DNA from: Octopus vulgaris
Taxonomy: Eukaryota
Assembly: GCA_951406725.2 (NCBI GenBank)
Contig: OX597824.1
Coordinates: forward strand, 31,124,001 to 31,188,000
DNA length: 64,000 nucleotides
Direction of reading: 5' to 3'
Shown: one piece after another, positions 54,662-64,000 of the stretch
Position numbering within the stretch: position 1 is the stretch's first letter
Layout of the letters: each line of letters opens with the position of its first letter
Program-made: the position numbers and the translations under genes
The notes under the pieces: generated by a model
What the model was told of the DNA's origin: nothing
Databases searched by the model: none
What the model saw: the letters and a program-made list of their open reading frames with translations, nothing else

Positions 54662-57572
54662 CATCATCATCATCCTTTAACGTCCGCTTTCTATGCTGGC
54701 ATAGGTTTGACAGTTTAACAGAGGACTGGCGAGCCAGATGGCTGCACCAGGCTCCAATCAGATCTGGCAGAGTTTCTACAGCTGGATGCTCTTCCTAACG
54801 CCAACCACTCCGAAAGTGTAGTGAGTGCTTTTACGTGCCACGGGCACGAGGGGAATTGAAGCGGTACTGGCAACGGCCACGCTCAAATAGTGTTTTTACG
54901 TGCCACATGCACGGGAGCCAATCCATCAGCACTAGCAACGACCTCGCTCGAATGTTGTTTCTCACGTGCTACCGGCACAAGTGCGAGTAAGGCGACGCTG
55001 GTAACGATCACGCTCGAATGGTGCTTTTTGCGTACCACGACATGGGAGCCAGTCAGTGGCCCTGGCAACGATCACGCTCGGATGATGCTCTTAGCGCTGC
55101 ACTAGCACGGATGCCAGTCATGCAGTGCTGTCATCGAATTTGATTCCGATTTCACTTGCCTCGGCAGGTCTTCGCAAGCAGAGTTTAGTGTCCAATGAAA
55201 AAAAGGTACGCATAAGTGGGATGGTTACACCACTGCCATAGGCCACGGGTTATGGTCTCACTTGGCTTGCCGGGTCTTCTCAAGCACAGCATATTTCCAA
55301 AGGTCTCGGTCGCTAGTCATTGCCCCGGTGAGGCCTAATGTTCGAAGGTCGTACTTCACCGTCTCATCCCAGGTCTTCCTGGGTCTACCTCTTCCACAGG
55401 TTCCCTCAACCGTTAGGGTGTGACACTTTTTCACACAGCTATCCTCATACATTCTCACCACATGACCATACCAGCGCAGTCGTCTCTCTTGCACACTACA
55501 TCTGATGCTTCTTAGGTTCAACTTTTCTCTCAAGGTACTTACACTCTGTCGAGTATGTACACTGACATTACACATCCATCAGAGAATACTGGCTTCGTTC
55601 CTTGCAAGCTTACGCATGTTCTCAGCAGTCACGGCCCATGTATTTGTACACAAGCGTCATACAGTCTACCTTTTACTCTGAGCGAGAGGCTCTTTGTCAC
55701 CAGCAGAGGTAGGAGCTCTCTGAACTTTGCCCAGGCTATTCTTATTCTAGCAGCTACACTTTCAGAACACCCACCCCCGTTACTGACTTGGTCACCTAGG
55801 TAACGGAAGCTATCAACTACTTCTAATTTTTCTTCCTGGAATGTGGCAGAAGTTGTTCTCTGCACATTTTCAGTGTTTATTGTTCCTGAGCATCTGCCAC
55901 ATACAAAAACTATCTTCCCAGTTAGCCTTCCTTTGATATTGCTACACTTCTTATGTGTCCATAGCTTACATTGGGTACATCTTATAGAGTTTCTACCTAC
56001 GCCTTTTCTACAGATCGAGCAGATTTGTAGTTTGTCTGCCTTCCTACTTATTAGGACTTTGGTTTTAGCTTGGTTGACTCTAAGGCCATTCGATTCTAAT
56101 CCTTGCTTCCACACCTGAAACTTCTCCTCTAGTTCTGATAGTGACTCAGCGATTAGAGCAAGGTCATCAGCATACAGGAGCACCCAGGGGCACCTTGTCT
56201 TGAAATCCTCTGTTATTGCCTGGAGGAATATGATAAATAGGAGGGGCTGAGGACTGAACCTTGGTGGACCCCTACCTCTACCTGAAATTCTTCACTGTAT
56301 TCGTTGCCAATCCTCACCTTACTGATAGCGTTCCTGTACATGGCTTGCACAGCTCTCACTAACCATTCATCTATCCCTAGTTTCCTCATTGACCTCTAGA
56401 TAAGGGATCGGAGGACCCTGTCAAAGGCTTTCTCCATGTCAACGAAAGCCAGGTACAGAGGTATTTCTCCTGCAGCTGTCTTACCAGAAATATAGCATCA
56501 GTGGTGCTTTTCCCTGGCACGAACTCAAACTGCATCTCATCTAAACCGACTCTTTCTCTAATTAGTTGGGCTATGACCCTCTCCGTGACCTTCATTACCT
56601 GATCCAACAACTTGACACCTCTGTAATTATTTGTATTTAAAGCGTCACCTTTACCTTTGTAGCAGTTGACTATGGTGCTGTTACACCAGTCATTGGGCAT
56701 GACTCCTTCAGGTTAACTATACGGGTGACTAGGCTATAGCCGACACCGCCAGATATTTTGAGCATCTCTGTGGTGATTCCGGATGGGCCGGGTGCTTTCC
56801 CTGTCTTCATACTTTTCAATGCTTTATCTACCAAGGTACTGTCATTTCGGATAGCTGGTCCCTCTGTTGGGTCGACATTCGGTAGACTCTCTTTATCCCA
56901 TGCATTTTCTTTATTCAGCAACCTTTCATAGTGGCGTCTCCAAACCACTCTCTTTGCATCCTCATTTAGGGCAAGTGAACCATCATCTATGCGGACACAT
57001 TTCTCTCCTACCACATCACGATTCTTTCTCACACACTGTCTTGCAACACGAAATACCTCAAGTCTTTGGCCCTCACGGCGCAGAACATTGGCCAATTTTT
57101 TCTTATTTGCTCCCCCTCTGGCTAAATAAACCTGTCTCCTAGCTTCCCTTCTGACAGCCTGATACAATTCCCTGCTACCACCATTCTTCCAGTCCTTCCA
57201 AACCTGTTTCTTTTCTCTAATAGCCCTGTCAACCACATTGTTCCACCACGACGTTATCTTGGGTCGAGAGGGGACTTTGCACCATCCACAGATCTGATCA
57301 GTGACTCTCAGCATGTTGTCCCGTAGAAACTGCCAGTTGTCTTCCACATCATGTGATGCTATATCCCCTTCTATTTCATCAAGGGCTTCGAGTAATACGT
57401 CTCTAAATCTCTGTCCATTCGCAGGATCTTTAAGCTTCCAGACACTTCTCCTCCATGCTGGTCGTATTCTAAGCATCCATTTAGCCCTGATCCTGAAGTC
57501 GCTAATTACTAGTCTATGTTGAGGGGTACATTCTTCGCCTGGGAAGGTTTTGGCATTTATAAGTAGCCATCT
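54660..57572 (-). mobile_element. RTE-clade LINE, 5'-truncated and frameshifted
   Basis: GKAPGPSG, NYRGVKLL, GVHQGSVLSP, LLYADDL, RRLRWYGHV, RGRPRKTW; (GAT)n tail at 54660-54673; a short related 3' fragment at ~60713-60845. Confidence 0.95.
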
Positions 57573-58172
57573 TAGGTTAGTTAAGATATGTTTGTGACAT
57601 ATTTCAACTGCTAAAAAGCAAATATACTACAGTTACTTTGAAGTAAATATTTCCCTTGTGGTAAAAGGTGTGAAAACCCAGTTTTTTTGTGTCGCCATCT
57701 ATCAGGAATCCCAGACTTTATTGACACTTGTCAATGGGATGTACTTAAGCGAGACAACTCTGAACAAGCTTATAAAGCAATAGCTTTATGTAAAATTCAG
57801 TCAACTGATATATTATTATTGATGTTGTTGTTTTTGTTTAAAGCAGTTTGATTCGACTTAAGTTGCTTGAAGTTTTCTAGGTCTTTACAGAAACCATGCA
57901 CGTCGGGCTCGGGTTGCCATGTAACCTGCCTTTAACAATGGCAGTCCAGTTTCTGGTAGTCACATCGAAGTTACTGCACCTCTCCATTCGGCCACCTGAA
58001 GCTGACGAGCTAGATTTCTGTTAGACTCCCACGAAATTTAATTTGCATGACACCGAATGAAATTGTTCAGAATAATGTATTTAACTCCTAAATGCGCTGA
58101 GTACCTCTTTCTTTTTGTTCACACACGTATGTACAGAGAAAGTGAAAGGAAGAAAGATAAATAGATAGAAGG

Positions 58173-58231
<59 letters not shown>

Positions 58232-59393
58232 TTAGATAGATAGATAGACATATTGTAATAAATTTATCTCACATACGTGATAAATTGATTTCTTTCATTA
58301 GCTCTTTAAAAAATTATAAGTATCAACAATTTACAGTACAACTTTGCTGAGAAGTATAAACTGGAAACGTACTCACTAATGGAAGCATCAGCTGTTGCAT
58401 TATGTCCACGTCAGCATAAAAGACGTTTTAGACACGCATCAGAAATATTATATTTCGTTATGTTAATAAACTTCAAAATTAAATATAATATACAATTCTA
58501 AATGCAACAATTTTATAAATTGCAAACATTTTTATCGAATACTGTTGAATTTTTATACTATCAGGAGCATAGACAAGAATTGATTACTGAAGTTTGAAGG
58601 TGAGCTGAGGAAATGACGCAAAACTACCACAGTCACAAATTTAGATAAATTATGTAGGTGGTGGTGCATTGAATGATGTGAGCAAATAGTTTGAAATGAA
58701 GGGAAATGTAAATTATAGAAAAATGTAAAAAAAAAAGCAAACTGCGCGCTCATTATTAACAACAGGGATGAAAAGGAAGTGTGTTACAAAAAATGCAAAC
58801 TTAATTTTACTAAATATTTTATTTGCTTGACAAGAAAGAAAATTTAGGACGTGTTAGTAAGTAAGAGCCACCATATTTGTTGGTCATGTTGACTCTTTTT
58901 AACATAGCATTTTCTACTCAAGTCTGCTAGGATGAATGAATACTGGAATTTAGACAAATAAAAAGTAATTTATATAAAATATCCACGGTAAATTTTGAAA
59001 AATTACAGAAAATAAGCATCAACAAATGTCTCGGGATGGTAGGTTGACGTTATTTTGTCGATGTATAGCAACAGAATAAAATGTTGATGTAGAATAGAAT
59101 ACAATGTTTATTCAGGAAATTTTCCATTGGAAACAAATGAAGAGAAAATATTTAAAGTTTTCTTAGCTGTACTATTGTTTTACATTTTTATTTGTACTAG
59201 TGTTTTACATTAAATATTCCGACATCAACACTGGTAAATAACATTTAATAGGAATCAAAAACCTTAAATGAATATCAGGCGATACCAAATACTTTGAATC
59301 GTATTTCTGAAAGATTTTCATCCAAAGATGGGATTAACTGAAAAAATAACGTACAAAATAAAATGAGAGAATCAAAAAAATCATGTCTCTTAC

Positions 59394-59555
59394 ATAAGTA
59401 GGTGCTTCTGATTTCATATATTCTCCAATCACTAACGAGTTCCTGCGAATACGTTCTTGAATGCATCCAATTTCATCCGCATGTTGATCACACTTTAGGC
59501 TGTATACATCATAAGCAATGAACAGAAGGCCAAAACAATACAAATACAATTCCAT
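59394..59555 (-). CDS. Galectin-like gene B, first coding exon (signal peptide + pro-segment, 54 aa)
   Basis: CAACAATGG start with in-frame TGA 9 nt upstream; MELYLYCFGLLFIAYDVYSLKCDQHADEIGCIQERIRRNSLVIGEYMKSEAPTY; phase-0 donor GTAAGA joins to PVMM, giving galectin-like PTYPV. Confidence 0.75.
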
Positions 59556-59876
59556 TGTTGCTCAATGACAAAGTAACACTGACAGCGCGACGCTAATGAT
59601 GTGGCACTGAGCAGAAGTCGGAAACGAACGATAGGTTTTTAGACATGAGTTCGTGTGTTTCCGTATCGAGCATATTCCAATTTTACAAAAACGCCAAAAA
59701 AAAACATTGTCCAGCATCTATTTCCGTACATTATAACTTATACATGCATCACTACATAGAAAAAGTCTATGTGGCTGGCAACTTGGATTTTCTCCTATAT
59801 TACAATGAAATCCCAACCATTTACACTGCATAAGATCGGCACTCAGTGTCTGTCTCTCTTACACTATTTATGGTCA

Positions 59877-59934
<58 letters not shown>

Positions 59935-60060
59935 GCAAGGATTGCATTTTTATATTCAGGTATGTCTATTAACAGGAATATTAGACATACTCACAATCTC
60001 GAGATCTTACCCCTTATATTGGAAGGGACTGTATAGTGAAACAATACTTTGATTTCCTGT

Positions 60061-60177
<117 letters not shown>

Positions 60178-60680
60178 TATATATTATATATTATATATCA
60201 TATATATATATATATATATGTCATATGAATGTAGTTCGCTAATGAAATAATTATCTTCATAAGTATGATGATCTCTTTGCTGAAATTATTTATTGTTTTT
60301 TGGGTGAATTTATCATTATCATTTCACTTTGCTTATGTTCTATATAGGTCTTTAATCTAATACTACATTTGATAGATTAAATTACTTTCCAAAATGTAGG
60401 ATGACATAACTTTCATTTGGAATTTTGTATACCATACATCGTGTGAAAAATAAGTCCGTTAATTGTAGATATCTAATGGATCAATCACTAATTCTTTATA
60501 TTGACAAAAGTCAGATTGAAAAAGAGTCTTAGTAGAAGTTGGTTTTCACGCATAAGAGCTTTTGTTGTTGGAAATTCTGATATAGTAGTTTCAGTTTCAC
60601 TTCTTGAATATGTATATATGTGTGTATATGTATACACACATACACACAAATGTGTGTCTGTGTATATACATAATAGTATA

Positions 60681-60716
<36 letters not shown>

Positions 60717-61201
60717 TCACCATCATCATTGTTTAACGTCCAACTTCCATACAAGTATGGGTTGGAAAATTTGACAGGAACCAGTCAGGCAGAAGGCTAC
60801 CTCTAGGCTACTGTACCTGTTTTAGCAGGATGCCCTTCCTAACAGGCGAATATCATCAAATTTATACGAAACTGTTTGATTAAATATTCTTCTTTTTTCC
60901 TTTACTTTTTTCTTTCCTCTTTCTTTCTGTCTTTTTTCTGTCTTTTTCTTTACGCCTGTTATAAAATTGAAACTTAAAGACTGATGATGTCATTCCATCA
61001 ATGTGTGGACGCTGGTTTCTCTCGTTCATACTTTAAATTAAAATTTATATAATTTTGAATTTTTAGCACTTCATATTTTGAACTCGACAAAGTCAAGCTT
61101 ACTGTCGAAATATCGCTCAACCAATAAAATATCTATCACAATCGAATCGCGCTCTTCGTCTTGACTGTTTGCTTTTGTGAAAAGTTGCGTTAATCCTTTT
61201 A

Positions 61202-61217
61202 AAATAATAATAATAAC

Positions 61218-61307
<90 letters not shown>

Positions 61308-61423
61308 AAGAAGAAGAAAAGAAGAAGAAGAAAAAGAAGTAGAAGAAGGGGGAGGAGGAGGAGGAAGAAGAAGAAGAAGAAGAAGAAGAAGAAGAAGAAG
61401 AAGAAGAAGAAGAAGAAGAAGAA
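61202..61423 (+). repeat. Compound (TAA)n-(GAA)n microsatellite; many other (TA)n, (CA)n, (TACA)n, (TAGA)n tracts occur across the window
   Basis: Directly visible. Confidence 0.98.
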
Positions 61424-61544
61424 ACTACAAAATTAGCTACACTACAAAATCAGTACGCCTACTTGCTGGTACGAACATTCACACTACAAAGTCAGCACTC
61501 TTAATTACTGATATGAACATCATCCTAAGTCAGTGGTTGAAGGT

Positions 61545-62046
61545 AAAAGTGTTACTATCCTCTAACACCGATAGAACGATCCAGGCTAACTGACCAGACA
61601 ATTATTAAAGACGGGGAAGAAAATACTTGTACACTAATAGACGTAAGTGTACCCACTGATGAAAATATATCTATCAAAGAATTTGACAAACTAAGCAAAT
61701 ATAAGGACCTGGAAATTGAAATACAAAAGATGCGGTATCTTAAAACGAGAACTGTTCCTGTTATTGTAGGTGCCCTAGGTATGATAAAAAAGGATGTCAG
61801 AAACATCTAGATAAGATCCCAAGAAAACCATGTCTCAGAGAAAGCCAAAAGATTGTTCTGACAAGTACTGCCCACATCCTCAGAAAACTCTGTCCATTTA
61901 AATGCCTGTGTTGTATTACATGAAGCTATTTCACTACCTCCTCTCCCCAAACTTTAAGTTATATTATAACATTTATTATCTTTCACTCGCCCCAAGACGC
62001 TAGGTGTGCCTCGGAAAGTGACTGTAACAAAGATGCAGATTAAAAG

Positions 62047-62047
<1 letters not shown>
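61545..62047 (+). mobile_element. 3' end of an R4/Dong-like non-LTR element followed by (TAA)n
   Basis: PDIII-like, LIDVSVP, KLSKYKDLEIEI, VPVIVGALG (RLE domain), then a 3' UTR ending in (TAA)n. Confidence 0.8.
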
Positions 62048-62139
<92 letters not shown>

Positions 62140-64000
62140 CAACGCTACTGAGCAAACAATCAACGCTACTGAGCAACAAAAAGAGAACAAAAATACTCCG
62201 CAAATATAACATCACAGAGAAAGATTTGCCTGAAATAAAAGAAAAGCTGAAGCAAGATATCCTTGCCAAAGCACAAAGGATCCGCCGGTACAAGAAACGC
62301 CAACGCTTCTTTGAAGAAAACAAAAAGTTCAACTCCAACCCCAAAAAGTTCTACCAAGAACTGGGCAAAAATAAAATAGAAGTCACTGCAGCACCAACGG
62401 CAGAAGAATTGGAAGAATTCTGGGGAGAAATATGGTCGGCGAACGAACCACCAAAAAAAAGGAGTATCAAAATAACAAACTCGGCATCTGAACAACTTTG
62501 GACCCCCATAACAACTGAAGAGGTCACCCAGGCACTGCAAAGACTAAGCAACTGGAAGGCACCTGGGCATGACAAGATCCCCAACTTCTGGTTGAAATAT
62601 CTAACAGGAATGCACAAAAAGCTGACTGAAAACTTTAACAACGTACTAGCAGAGCCAGAGACAATGCCTGAATGGCTCACGAAGGGGAAAACCATCTTAA
62701 TTCCGAAATCAAATGAAACAGAAAAACCAGAAAACTACAGACCAATAACCTGCCTCCCTACTATGTTCAAGGCATTTACTGCAGTGATATCACAAAGGCT
62801 GAACAAGCACCTGGATGAAAACAAACTGTTCCCAGAAGAGCAGAAAGGATGCCGCAAAGGCTCATATGGCTGTAAAGATCAACTAATGATTAATAAAGCC
62901 ATAACTGAAGACAGCCACAGAAAGAAGAAAGGCCTCAGTATGGCCTGGATTGACTACAAAAAGGCGTTTGATAGCATCCCCCACACATGGATCCTCGAAA
63001 CACTAGCCATTAACAAAGTAGCACCAACAATCATAAAATTCATAGAGCACTCTATGAATAAATGGCAAACAGTCCTACACCTCCAAACAAAAGAGGGACT
63101 CATGAAAACCAAAGACATCCTCATTAGAAGAGGAATATTCCAGGGAGACACGCTCTCTCCACTCCTTTTCTGCTTGGCACTGTCACCTCTATCTGATATG
63201 CTAAATAGAACTGGATACGGATATAAATGTTACGGCAAAACGATCAGCCACCTTTTATATATGGATGACCTAAAACTATACGCTGCAAATGACAAACAGC
63301 TGGAAACACTATTAAAAACAGTTCATGGATTTACCAAAGAAATAGATATGAAATTTGGATTAGAAAAATGCGCCAAAGTAACCATGAAAAGAAGAAAACT
63401 AGTTAAGAGTAACAACATCACACTAGATAAAACCAATGAAATAAAAGAATTAGACCAAAGCCAAACTTACAAATACTTAGGAATCCATGAACTAGATAAG
63501 ACACAACACACACAAATGAAAGAGAAAATAAAAAAGAATATTATAGACGAGTTAGATCAATACTAAACACAGAGCTCAATGCTGAAAACAAGATAATAGG
63601 TATCAACACTTTAGCTGTCCCAGTTATAAGTTACAGCTACAATATCCTTAACTGGACACGAAATGAACTGACCAAAATAGATAGGAAAACAAGAAAAATA
63701 ATGACAGGATCCAGGATGCATCACCCAAAATCTGACATAGAAAGACTATATATATACAACGTATAGAAGGTGGTAGAGGCCTTATACAGCTGGAAAACTA
63801 CTATAAAATAACCACCATAGGACTGCAAAAATATCTACTTCAGAAGGAAGGAAAACTGATCCAGATAGCGGCAAAACACGAGCAAAACAAAAAACTGTTC
63901 TCAGTATTTAAGGAAGCTGACAAATACAAACAAGAAATCATACCACCTAATAAACATGAAGAAGAAGAAGAAGAAGAAGATGAAGAAACAACAAAAGCTA
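62140..64000 (+). mobile_element. R4/Dong-like non-LTR retrotransposon RT, 5'-truncated, runs off the window
   Basis: 446-aa ORF with NWKAPGHD, NYRPITCL, WIDYKKAFDSIPH, GIFQGDTLSPLLF, LYMDDLK; frameshift near 63535; starts in (TAA)n. Confidence 0.93.

Noticed and set aside
60981-61120. CTGATGA with a distant GAAA
   Set aside because: No convincing stem I or stem III.

Overview
AT-rich, microsatellite-dense eukaryotic genomic DNA. The SINE, RTE and Penelope repertoire suggests an octopus (coleoid cephalopod); this is inference from repeat families. Most listed ORFs are microsatellite or transposon debris. Hidden among them are two convergent (tail-to-tail), intron-containing galectin-like genes that I assembled by hand. 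Gene A (+): exons 5224-5306, 11600-11798, 13824-13934, plus a possible first exon at 4173. Gene B (-): exons 59555-59394, 51214-51132, 46658-46436, 41521-41408; 193 aa. Both have an 83-nt exon and the same intron phases. Unlike canonical galectins, gene B encodes a signal peptide, a Cys-containing pro-segment ending in a furin-type RIRR site and three N-glycosylation sequons. Both paralogs share a Cys pair and have degenerate galactoside-binding sites. The second theme is a set of Penelope-like remnants, type I hammerhead-ribozyme motifs (one with an intact core, sense within a gene A intron) and six long imperfect fold-back repeats. The rest is decayed Gypsy LTR, RTE, Dong/R4-like, mariner/Tc1, pogo and hATm elements, tRNA-derived SINEs and a 28S rRNA fragment. 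All coordinates were read manually; TE boundaries are approximate.
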